DNA from: Octopus sinensis
Taxonomy: Eukaryota
Length of the DNA: 64,000 nucleotides
Assembly (NCBI RefSeq): GCF_006345805.1
Contig: NC_043006.1
Coordinates: 105,214,001 to 105,278,000 of the forward strand
Direction of reading: 5' to 3'
The translations under genes and the position numbers were made by a program. The notes under the pieces were generated by a model. That model did no database searches. It was given only the letters and a program-made list of their open reading frames with translations, and had not been told where the DNA came from. Positions 41,777 to 54,500 of the stretch are shown here, piece by piece (the stretch's first letter is position 1; every line of letters begins with the position of its first letter).

Positions 41777-42040
41777 GCCTTTTCCTCGCTACTATATCGG
41801 CCTTTGCTCCCCGATGCCACCTGCACAAATTGTACTCCTATTTAGACACTTCAGATATCTCGCCTCTCATCAACCTTGCCGTACCCAAACCAAGGTCCTA
41901 TACTAATTATTTGACCCTATATCTTCGTCTCATATCGTCGGCTTTCTGGAACTCCCACAAAGTTAATGTATTTCCTGCAAATGTTGACTTACAATATTTC
42001 TAAAGGAACATTAATGGCATCAAATCCATCAACCTCGAAG
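41420..42040 (+). mobile_element. CR1/L2-group LINE 3' fragment interrupted by (CT)n
   Basis: Decayed motifs QLLTLYKAYV, FPRYYIGLCS, FWNS..VFP...L..F. Confidence 0.55.
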
Positions 42041-42403
42041 AGTGTACAATGGCTACGGTCACTAACTCTTCCTCCATACCCAGAAATTTCAAGAAATATC
42101 TAAAACACCTCACCAATAACGTATATTTGACATTACTCAAAGCACCACATATCTCTTCTTCAGCTGCCATATTTATTGTTGTTGTAGTTTTTGTCTTTTT
42201 GTTATTGTTATAGTAAATGTTCTCGATTGCTCTTATTGTGGATGCTGCCGATGTTGCTATAATCCGGCTGCTTCAGCTAACAAAACATCAAGATATTATA
42301 AATATTATGTAGAAAACGTTGTAATTCTCTATCTCTCATCTATTCTCAAAGTCAAACAGAGATGATTAGGCCAAACTCTTTTCTCTTATTTTCCACCATC
42401 TAT

Positions 42404-42611
42404 ACTCTTTACTTGTTTTAGTCATTTGACTGTGGCCATGCTGGAGCACCGCCTTTAGTCGAGAAAATCGACCCTAGGACTTATTCTTTGTAAGCCTAGT
42501 ACTTAACTATCGGACTCTTTTGCCGAACCGCCAAGTTACGGCGACGTAAACACACTAGCATCGGTTGTCAAGCGATGTTGGAGATGGCGACAAACAGAGA
42601 CACAAACATAT

Positions 42612-42648
<37 letters not shown>

Positions 42649-42672
42649 ATATATATATATATATATAACATA

Positions 42673-42708
<36 letters not shown>

Positions 42709-42864
42709 CATATATAATATATATAGTATACATATATATAATTATATATTATACATATATATATACATATATATATAATATAAATATATATACATATATA
42801 TATATATACATATCTATATACATATATATATATATAGATATATCATATTATATACATAATATAT

Positions 42865-42908
<44 letters not shown>

Positions 42909-43066
42909 GACGGCTTTTTTCCGTTTTCCTCAACCAGATCCACTCACAAGGCTTTGGTCGGCCCTAGGCTAAAGTAGAAGACACTTGCCTAAGGTGCCAC
43001 GCAGTGGGACTGAACCCGGAACTATGTGGTTGGTAAGCAAGCTACTTACCACACAGCCACTCCTAC
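42404..43066 (-). mobile_element. tRNA-derived SINE with internal TA/CA microsatellite (other copies 13780-14150 -, 2031-2190 +, 790-943 +, 23330-23575 +)
   Basis: Head with A/B-box-like GTGGCTGTGTGG..GGTTCAGTCCC and a tail ending (GTAAAAGA)n. Confidence 0.8.
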
Positions 43067-43582
43067 GCTTATGTTTATTTTACAGATATAACGTTCTTTG
43101 ATTTCTTACTTTACTCTTTGTATATATGTTCCCGATCTCAAATATTATAGAGATGGAATTAAGATTCTCTAACTTTCATGGCTGTCCTCATTAATAAATG
43201 CAGTAAATATTTAGTGGAGTAGGCAAAAAAAAGTTTGTAAAAAACATAGTTCTTAATCCGGAATTGAAACTGCATCACGGAACTGAACCTGATAATTATT
43301 TTTAGTGGGACTGATATATTTTGTTATTCGGATTCCGATGGGTCCTGGTCTCAAATTAATAACGAAAAGAGAATTAGGATTGTCTGGCTTTCATGCTGTC
43401 AATGTTCACGGCATTAATGATAAAGTGAAGTAGAAATGAAGATGAATATAGTTTATAGTCAGGAATAGAGACTCGTCATGGATTCAAAGCTGATAATTAT
43501 TTTCAGTAGAATTCTGTTTAAATAGTAGAAATAACAGCATAACATTGTCGCTTATCTTTCTTACGCACTGACCAATCAAGTC

Positions 43583-43887
43583 TCATGATATAATGTTGAA
43601 ATTTGGGTAACCAACGTTTTTCGGTTTACGTTGTTCTGGTGGAATTTTCTCTTCCAATCCGGGTATAATTTGGATCATGTCATCGAGACTGGAGTTTCGA
43701 CGGAAGAATAAGTATATTCCTGCAACACCGGTGCCTTCTGCCAAAAAGAAACTGAATCCTGCTAGGAAAAATGACCAAGCGAATGAATAGGTGATTGTTG
43801 GGTGTTGTTGGTTGGCGGCAGGTAGATGCGATACTTCATCATTAACGGCTGAGATAAACATTATCAGTCCAGCTACCAAGGTAAGCC
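43583..43887 (-). CDS. CACNG: CACNG-like coding exon 4 (GLTLVAGLIMFISAVNDEV...TM4...NFNIIS*)
   Basis: Acceptor gttcgacAG at 43888-43890; lies within ORF 43583-43996; NDEV and WSF motifs; TGA at 43585-43583. Confidence 0.92.
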
Positions 43888-44387
43888 CTGTCGAACACAG
43901 ATCAGAAATAATATTCACATTATTCATATATACCTTGATAAATACCCAGTATACCCATAAGGGTATCCAAGCTTGTTTGTGCATTTCTGTAAACAATCGT
44001 AAATATATGCGTTATGTGTGTATATGTATATGTATGCATATACATATATATGTGTGTGTGAGCATGTATATATATATAGGGAGAAATTAAGAAAAATCAA
44101 CGAAAATGCACATTGTAAATAAAAAAGAAAAGGCTTTTTATGAAAGGTAACGACAGATATATACATTTAGATGGACCGAAGTAGTAATAAGTCATAAAAG
44201 TCATTATTATGAGATATTAAAAGTCAAAAAGCAAAGCATATATATATATATGTGTGTGGTGTTGTTGTGTGTGTGTGTGTGTGTATGTGTATATATAGAT
44301 ATATATACACACACACACATATATAATATATAATATATATATATATATACACACCACACACGCATATATATTATATACTATATATAT

Positions 44388-44446
<59 letters not shown>

Positions 44447-46044
44447 TATATAACATTGTACGTATATAAATATATTAGATATATACATCAATTTCTACAC
44501 ACTCATATATATCTATATGTATATATATAGAGAGAAACAGCTTGTTTTAAATCTCTCAGCGAGAGATATACAGTAACAGTACGGAATAGTAAAGTTTATC
44601 TGCCAATAGAATGTGGCGGTCCCATAAGGGGTCTTGCGAACACTATACAGACACAGACTGCGTGTTGATAGCCTTCTGGAAAACATGCGGCCATGAAAGA
44701 CCATAGGATAGCACCTAGAATATTACCTCCCGAGGCACAAATCCGGGCAAGGTTGCTTTATGGAAGACCAGTAGTCGCTCATGCATTCCAGCCTCTTCTC
44801 TCCACGCCACCGATGCTATCCAAGGGAAAAGCAAAGGCTGATACAGCTTGGCATCCGTGACATCGCAACTCATTTCTACAGCTGAGTGGACTCGAGCAAC
44901 ATGAAATGAAGTGTCTTGCTCAAGAACACAACACAGCCCGGTCCAGAAATCGAAAAGACTAGCTCATGACTGTAACCTCCGGGTCATGTGCCTTCATATA
45001 TACGTATATATGTATCTCCGGCTGCACCTCTCCTACATACGGATCACTGTGGACTCTACTCTTGATGAGAAATCCTTGCAATACACCTCGACGTCAAAAA
45101 ACCTTTGAACTTTACGGAAAACTTTTATTATTGCCATTAATTTATATTTATTTTTTATTTTTATACTTTCTAAAATTTCCTGTCTCGAAACATAAAAGAC
45201 GTTTTCTATTCCTGAGCGTTATACTAATACATCTGTTTGTTTTGTACACCGCCTGTCTTCGTCGTTTGTTTCTTTCGTAAACTCTCCCTATATATCCTAT
45301 CTACAGTTGGATAGATAGACAAATATAACAAAATAATTTGATAAAAAATTGTGAATTTTTGAATTATTTTTTGATATTTTACAAAAACAACAAACATTTT
45401 TTTTCTTAATGTATATATATGTATATATATACGCACACATACACTGTGGGCTGTAAGATGTAGAATGACATAACATGATACGTAAATACACTAAGTGCTC
45501 AATTCAAATTTGCATCTAAACTCCACCTTTACGAGCAGGGATGTGATGCTTGCCTAAAGGAAAATTACCTATAGGCAATGCGCCGATCGAGCTGGTATGT
45601 GTAAAAGAATAAACAACTAAAGGATAAAAGCATAAGCAGATACTGTAAATATATTTCGTCAGAATATGATCCATTTATATTTATATAACTTACTGAAGAG
45701 AAACGCAAGTACACCCAATCATACTCTATAATATATATATATATATATATATAATATATATATATATATCAGGCCTGGCCGAACGTCAGCTGACTGTAAA
45801 TCAAAACCATTTAAACCTAAGAATTATTTATGTTTAACAATTGAATGAATGTAATAAAAACATCTAAATATCAAACAACATGAATTTTTTTCAAACTGAA
45901 GTCCTTCTTGAGCGACACATTTTCCCATTCGAATCGATACAGAATTACAGATAGTATTTATGGAATTTGATTTACTGTCGGGTGACTTTTTGGCCAATCC
46001 TGTGTATATCTATCTATCTATCTATCTATCTATCTTCTCTCTCA

Positions 46045-46087
<43 letters not shown>

Positions 46088-46088
46088 C

Positions 46089-46144
<56 letters not shown>

Positions 46145-47550
46145 ATACATATATATATATATACATATATTATATATATATATATTATAAGATATACATA
46201 TCTATATATATACATTAATATATATATAATTAATCTATAGGGTGGCAAAAAATTTCGTAGAATTTATTTGCCACCAGCGGCCTAGTGGGAAAAATTAAAT
46301 AGTCATAGACCATTTATAAGTTCAACATCACAATCAAGGAATGGCCATAATAGGCCATTCACCCACTAGAAATAACAGCCAAAGCTTCAACCGCAAAATA
46401 ACATTAATTCCGCAAACCAGGAGAAATTAAAAAAACATTACCCTGTAATTTCTTATACGATGCACCGTTTCATCTATTGTTTAATGGTAAACTAACCTGA
46501 TTAAATTAAATCAAGCCAATCTTCCATAGGCCGATAGATTCGTCAGTAAGACAGCCAGATCCGAGCAGATATTATCACGAGGCACCTCTATCCCTGCCTC
46601 GGCAATATCTGACCTAAAATTTTCAAATCATCGCACTCGCGCCAAATTTATCGGCGCAAATATAAGCCGCGCCGATTCATTACGGAATTAACCAGAAAAT
46701 TCATAATTAATCAATATAGGGTGGCAAAAAATTTCGTAGAATTTATTTGCCACCAGCGGCCTAGTGGGAAAAAATTAAATAGTCATAGACCATTTATAAG
46801 TTCAACATCACAATCAAGGAATGGCCATAATAGGCCATTCACCCACTAGAAATAACAGCCAAAGCTTCAACCGCAAAATAACATTATTTTCTGGTTAAAT
46901 AACATCAATTTTCTGGTTAATTCCGTAATGGAATCGGCGGCTTATATTTGCTGCCGATAAATTTGGCGCGAGTGCGATGATTTGAAAATTTTAGGTCAGA
47001 TATTACCGACGCAGGGATAGAGCCTCGTGATAATATCTGCTCGGATCTGGCTGTTCTTACTGACGAATCTATCGGCCTATGGAAGATTGGCTTGATTTAA
47101 TTTAATCAGGTTAGTTTACCATTAAACAATAGATGAAACGGTGCATCGTATAAGATTACAGGGTAAATGTTTTTTTAATTTTCTCCTGGTTTGCGGAATA
47201 ATGTTATTTTGCGGTGAAGCTTTGGCTGTTATTTCTAGTGGGTGAATGGCCTATTATGGCCATTCCTTGATTGTGATTATATATATATAATATATATATA
47301 TTATATATATATATACCATACAGATATGTATGTGTGTATATATATATTCGAAGAAATGGGTCTCATAAAATCGGATGGTTTTATTTACAGATATTTATTT
47401 GTATCTTACATCATCTAACTTACATGATCTAAATTATATGATGTATAAAAACATGTATATGCAAATAAATATCTGTAAATATAAAGCCATCCGATTTCTG
47501 AGTACCTCATTTCTTCTAATATAAATACCTGTACACATCATCCCAAACCT

Positions 47551-47581
<31 letters not shown>

Positions 47582-47626
47582 GATATATATCTACATACAG
47601 ATATGTATATATATATACATACATAA

Positions 47627-47677
<51 letters not shown>

Positions 47678-48015
47678 GCATGAAACCAGGAAGAGTGATG
47701 GACATTTAAGGTGGAAAATAATAAGAAAATTCACTCCATTTGATAACGGATCAAAATATGTAAGCTATGCGTAGCTGAAAGCATTCAGATCATTTTCTGA
47801 TCTAGGAACTCTAGATCCGAAATTTTCAGCAGTAGTAAACATATGCCTAAGTTCCTATTGACGAATTGTAAAGTACCACCCGGTTCGAATCGAGCAGGTG
47901 TACCGCAGATTCTAGGCCTCTATCCTTATTGCGTTTATTAATAAATATCTATCTCTCCAGACATGAAGTACTTCTTTTGTTGGCCTTACCATCACGGAAC
48001 AGTGCACTTTATATA

Positions 48016-48058
<43 letters not shown>

Positions 48059-48505
48059 TATACGAGGTTAACAACGTACCTGAGATTACAAAGAGAATAG
48101 AAGAAAGCAATATATAACTGTCATAGCGAACGTTGCTGAGGAGACCAATTATGGCAGAAAAGACGACAAGCACCAGTGATACTACGGCGAAGGCACACGT
48201 TGAATTGACTGATTCTGAAATGAGACGTACATAAATTGAGTGTAAATGAATGAATATACATGTGTGTGTGAGAGAGAGAGAAGAGAGAGAGAGAAAGGAT
48301 AACACAGGAAAAACAATGCAGTGGACTCAGAGGTGGGTGCCTGAATAATATCCTATAGCTCCACTGGAGCTTCTGATGCAGCGATAGGATGTTATTCAGG
48401 AGCTCAACTACAAATCCAGGATATATATATATATATGGTTTGGACTTTAGCTGTTCTTTCTAGCGTAAAGGATTCCTATGATGGAATGTGTTTAAATGTA
48501 CACTG

Positions 48506-48579
<74 letters not shown>

Positions 48580-49913
48580 TAAGGTATTCGAGGACATACG
48601 GTTTTTGGGTCATTGCTGCATTTTTTGCTAACTCTGTATAATCTTTGTTCCAGAAAATAATAATGCCAGACCCTCAGCATACTCAAGAAATGAAGAGGTC
48701 TGCTGTTAGTGTGGTTACAATGGCTGAGCATAGCGATTTAGAAATATCTCGGTTTTTAAAAGTTGCCAGATCTTTCGTCTACAAAGTTTGTAAGGAGCTA
48801 GAGAATGAAGATGGAAATGTATCACCAGTATCAAAAAGCATTCTGAACACTCTGAAAACATCAGAACATCCAAATTTATCCAGCAAGTTCAACGGCCCAT
48901 TGATTACAATCCCAGAAATCCACGTGGTCAATTGCAAAAGATTTCCATGTGTTAGAAGGAAGTAAGAAATGTTGTTCACGAAGACATCAGCTGCAAGTTT
49001 TATATGATGAGGAAAATTCTAAACAAAATCACTACATCAGATCTAAACGACTCTGAAACAAACTGAAAAATCCAGCAGAAGATTGGGTTTTTTTGGGGGT
49101 TTTTTTGGTTTTTTTTTTTTCAAATGAGAAAACCTTCGACCAATATAAAAAATTAGCAGAAGAAATGACAGATGGTTATGAGCAAACTCTTCTGAAGTTT
49201 CAAGTGTTATGCATAAAAAATTTCTTGCAACTATCATGGTTTTAGGGTTTTTCAGCCATGAAAGACCTGTGATGCCTCCTAACTTCTTTTCACAAGGCCT
49301 TAGAGTTAATCCTGCCGCCTACATTGAGGTCCTGGAAATAATTGCTAAGCCCTGGATAGACAGTGTATATAATGGAAGGCCAGATGTGTTTCAGTAAGAC
49401 TCTGTACTATCATACATGGCTCTCGTAACAGAGGAATTGATGGCTGAAAATTTTCATGATCACATAACCCCTAACATTTGGACTATTACATGTGGAGTGT
49501 TGTTGAGAGAGAGGTCAATGAACACGCCCATAACAACCAAATATTCTTTGAAAGCTGCTATAGTCGGAGTAATGTCTAAAATGAACCACGACCACTTGAT
49601 TCGAATATGTATATGATTTAGATCTCATATAGAAGCAGTTGTTGAAGCTGAAGGTGGCTTTATTGAATAACATTAGAGAAAAGAAGGTTTATTTTTATCA
49701 TCATAGCATTTTTGATAAAAAAAAATGTTACTATTTGTTATTATATATCCTATGTACCCTAAATACACATACATACATACATACATACATACATACATAC
49801 ATACATACATACATGCATGCACGCATACATACATACAATACATATATACATACATACATACATACATAATACATACATACATACATACGTACATACATAC
49901 ATACATATATAAC

Positions 49914-49980
<67 letters not shown>

Positions 49981-51490
49981 ACGGGAAGGTTTACGAAAAT
50001 AAACAAAAGACGAAGGCAGGTGGAGTACAAACAAACAAATGTATTAGTATGGCGTTCAGGAATAGAAATAGAACAAGTCTTTTACGTTTCGAGCCTACGC
50101 TCTTCTACAGAAAGGGACACAATAAACAAGGAGAGAAACAAGAAGAGAAAAAAAATGCGTGTAGGATCTAACTGTCTATCTTGGCGTTCTGACTTCAGGC
50201 AGAGGTCAGAGGTCAGAGGTCAGACGTTAGACGCTAGAGGGATAGTACGGGAGATAACAGGGTCAAGTGACTTCCAAAACGAATATATATATATTCACCA
50301 TGATAGATCATTACCACTACACACATTTTTCTCTCCTTGTTTTTTCTGTGTCCCTTTCTGTAGAAGAGCGTAGGCTCGAAACGTAAAAGACTTTTCTATT
50401 CCTGAGTGTTATACTAATACATCTGTTTGTTTTGTACAGCACCTGTCTTCGTCTTTTGTTTTTTTTTTTCGTAAACTCTCCCTAAATATATATATATATA
50501 TATATTCCATCACACGACCGGTTACAAAAATCGTTAGGTGTTTCTTTTGTTTGTCTTTCAATGATGGGAACGTTAAAATATTAAGAGCATATTACAAACG
50601 CCTTCCAGCACATCCCCCAATGTCTTTGCAATCCGAATCCATTGCACTGACAGCTTTTGAGTAAGTTTCCACTAGTTCCTTTAGTTACGAAACCATTCTC
50701 ACCAGCGAATTATGGCTGTGCGTGAAGTGTGGCCGCCGTTCATGTTTGTGGGTAAGCATAGTTGGATGCATGGTTGTCCTTGAGACCGCTCACTCACACT
50801 TACCTGCTACAAGATCTCCTACAGTTTTGTTTAACCTTCCTACCACATGTTGTTCACGGTTCACAATTCTTTGACAATATGCCGTCTTGTTTTCTGCAAC
50901 ACAGTAAAAAGTTAAATTTATTTCCAAGAAACAATCTGGCACCTTGCCTTTACATAATATATACATAGATACACACACATACACACACACACACACCGCA
51001 CCATTCTGTGGTACAGAGGACTCGCAATCTAGACTAGGGTCTGAAAGTTTACCACACCATAATGGGTTACACTATGGTTCCTCTGCTTTGTGGTGAAGTA
51101 GGAAGAAAGAGCGGGAGAAAGTTGTGGTGAAAGAATACAGTGAGATTCACCACCACCCTCCCGCCGGAGATCCGTGGAGCTTTGGTGCTTTTGCTTAATA
51201 AACACTCACAATGCCCGGTCTGGGAATCGAAACCGCATTCTTACGACCGCGAGTCCGCTGCCATAACCACTGGGTCATTGCACCTCCACAGGTGCTGTTG
51301 TCGTCCTGATGACAGTTTATGTACATATATTACTTCTGGCAAACCGTTGAACCTGTTTCGCCCTTTGTTCTAGATATTAAATCTCTAATTAAGGACCAGA
51401 TGTAATTAAGCTCTGATCAGTTACTCACTCTTTATGCATGTCAATTACCACACACATACTCATACATAACGACTAACATCTTATCACGCA

Positions 51491-51553
<63 letters not shown>

Positions 51554-54500
51554 GTGATATGGTGTTAGTCATACAAACGCAAACTCGCATTCCAGATTTC
51601 AGAAGTTCATCATCGAATCACATCTGCCTCTTCCACCACTGCTTTAGCGTTTTCTGTTCTGAACCAGAGAGCTGAGTAGTACTTCCTCATTATTGCAAAC
51701 ACTAATACCTCCTGTCATCACCTAAACTCATCACACTCAACTTCATAAGCTGCAGCACCCATATCTTTCTCTGGGCATCGACCAAGAGAAGGTTACAATG
51801 AATTCCAACTATTGTAATCACCACAGTTTGACTAGGGGTCTTCAACGATAAAGAGTGCCAACAATATTCCTCTGGTTAAGTATTATAATAAATACATCAA
51901 ATTTTCTGAAGATTTATTTTTGCCTTTACTGACAGTTGGACAACCAGCCGGGATGTGGGGCGTTTCCATCGTGACGACATTACTGTATTATGCCCGTGCA
52001 CAAAATAGCACAAGTGGCACATTAGCTGTTCAAGAATTTGGAGCTGGAGATTTCCATTTCCAGCGACTTCGATGGCCACCTCCCAGTGGTGTCGGGCGTC
52101 AACGAAGAGCCCTCGTCTACAACAAAACGATCAAAGCTTTTTTTTCCAAGATCTGGTGTCTCCCGCCCCTAAGTCCTAGACCATCACCTAATCACCCTTA
52201 CCCGTCTTGTTGCTTAACAGCAACAACAAAGTGGCACATTAAGCACGACTGTAAAATAGATTCAATAAGAGAGAAAAATTCGCTGTTAATGGAAAGTGTA
52301 GCTCTGTAAAGGGTTTTGCGAAATGTTTCTCAGTAATCAAAGTTAAGTTCATTTTGTTGGTACAGATGGAGGAGGTTAAGAGTCATTAGGTTAGGTTCTT
52401 CTAAGACGAGCTGGCAGAAACGTTAGCACGCCGATCGAAATGCGTAGCCGTATTTCGTCTGCTGTTTCGTTCTGAGTTCAAATTCCGCGGAGATCGACTT
52501 TACCTTTCATCCTTTCGAGGTCGATAAATTAAGTACCAGTTACGCCCTGGGGTCGATGTAATCGACTTAATCCGTGTGTCTGTCCTTGTTTGTTCCCTCT
52601 ATGTTTAGCCCCTTGTGGGTAGTAAAGAAATAGGTATTTCGTCTGCCGCTACGTTCTGAGTTCAAATTCCGCCGAGGTCGACTTTGGCTTTCATCCTTTC
52701 GGGGTCGATTAAATAAGTACCAGTTACGCACTGGGGTCGATATAATCGACTTAATCTGTTTGTCTGTCCTTGTTTGTCCCCTCTACATTTAGCCCCTTGT
52801 GGGCAATAAAGAAATATGGTTAGGTTCTTCCAAATATAGATTCTGCAAAATAGGAAACAGACAGACCTGGAGCAAACCTGGAATAGAGAGGAGGGTATGT
52901 CGGTGATGAGGTCATGAATGGCGACAAATTGACTCTGACGAAGCTAGCCAATTGACTGACCAAACGATTAATCAAACAATCGATCACTTAATTAGTAAAG
53001 TCTTCAATTAGCTGGCTAGTAATAACAAAGGAGTGAAATAGAACAAGTGCCTGTGTTTATTATTGTCATAATGACCTTCCATAGATACAATAATTCTTCT
53101 AAATAAAACTGCATGTAGACATATTCTTCATCAGATCTCCTACGATGCAAACGCTTGAGAGACTTGTCTCCGGAATCGATAAAATATCAATCAATGTTGT
53201 ACTGGATTCAGACAAAAGAACTTAGCACAAATAAAACAGAAACTACGTGGGCCGGCATATGTTCTTACAAGTATACATGTCCAAGTATGTATTCAATTCT
53301 CTCACCACATCCATATACTTTCCGATCTATTCTATTTCATTGACCTCCAGTCAGCATTCTTGTGACCTTCCATATTTTGTTTCTTCTTCTCAATAAACAA
53401 CCATATATAGTCTCCGTGCTTCTATTCAATCGTCAGTTTACACTGGGAAATCCTATCAGATCTTACAAGAATCGATTTCAGTAACATCTTTTGCCTTTTG
53501 TCCGAAGTAGTTTCCAACTGCTTCCAAACCATATGATTGCAATACACATTCTATATCTTTCTACTATTGATCTCGTCATTTTAATCATTGTCGTCGTCGT
53601 CGTCGTCACCACCATCACGATGACCATCACCATTTCTTTCAGCATCAGTATCACCACCATGATTTATGGATATCATTATCGTTCTTATGATTGTCGTTAT
53701 CTTTAGCATCATCATAAGTGGATTGGCAGACTGTGTAGAGCACACAACAATATACTTATGGTTACCTCTCTTTACGTCCTGAGTTCGATCGCTGCCTAAA
53801 TCGACTTTGTTTTTTATTTTTTTCCTCGTCAATATTATAAATACTCGTAAACTTCTTAGTAAATTTATCTCACCGTTCCTTCCGAATTATGTTTAAATTT
53901 CTACCGGCATTGTCTACTGATTTTTTATGACAAATATGGTGACAGATGGTAGAGAGAATTTTGACTGGTAGATTATTTTGACCACCCAAGAATTATGAAA
54001 ACATCAACAGGAACCCAAAAACCTGTAATTAATTACCACAAGTTATTTTGTTCGACGCTCTAATACTTCTGTTAATAGATCCAACTTTCCGAAAACATTT
54101 CTTTTCTTTTTTGTGTGTGAGGACAACGTCAAATAAAGCAACTGGTCGAAGATAAAACCATAAGCACCATTTTTTCTGTTTCACGTTTGCCAACCTTGCT
54201 ACCGATAGATTTTTAGTTCCTGGAAGTTATCTGTAAGGAATAGTATTAATAAATATATTGGGTCTATCTTGGAAAATCCCTTCCTTCAAAGAGCCAAATT
54301 AGGATTTAGCTCTTCGAAGAGCACAAGGCATAAGCACACGTCAAGTCATTTGTTGGAAGGAGTTAGTCGATAAATCTACCTTCCATTTATCATTTGCGGG
54401 TGATGTCAAGTTCTTTAATTCCTGAGAATTTGCCTATCTGTGTTTGGTCTAATTTTCTAATCCCAGTTTTTGTTTTTTTCATTTAGCATGATGTTAGTGT

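Noticed and set aside
53466-53550. Alternative phase 1-1 candidate for CACNG exon 2 (CVLQSYGLEAVGNYF...)
   Set aside because: Purine-rich poor acceptor; the 50893-50804 exon has much better splice sites and Cys spacing
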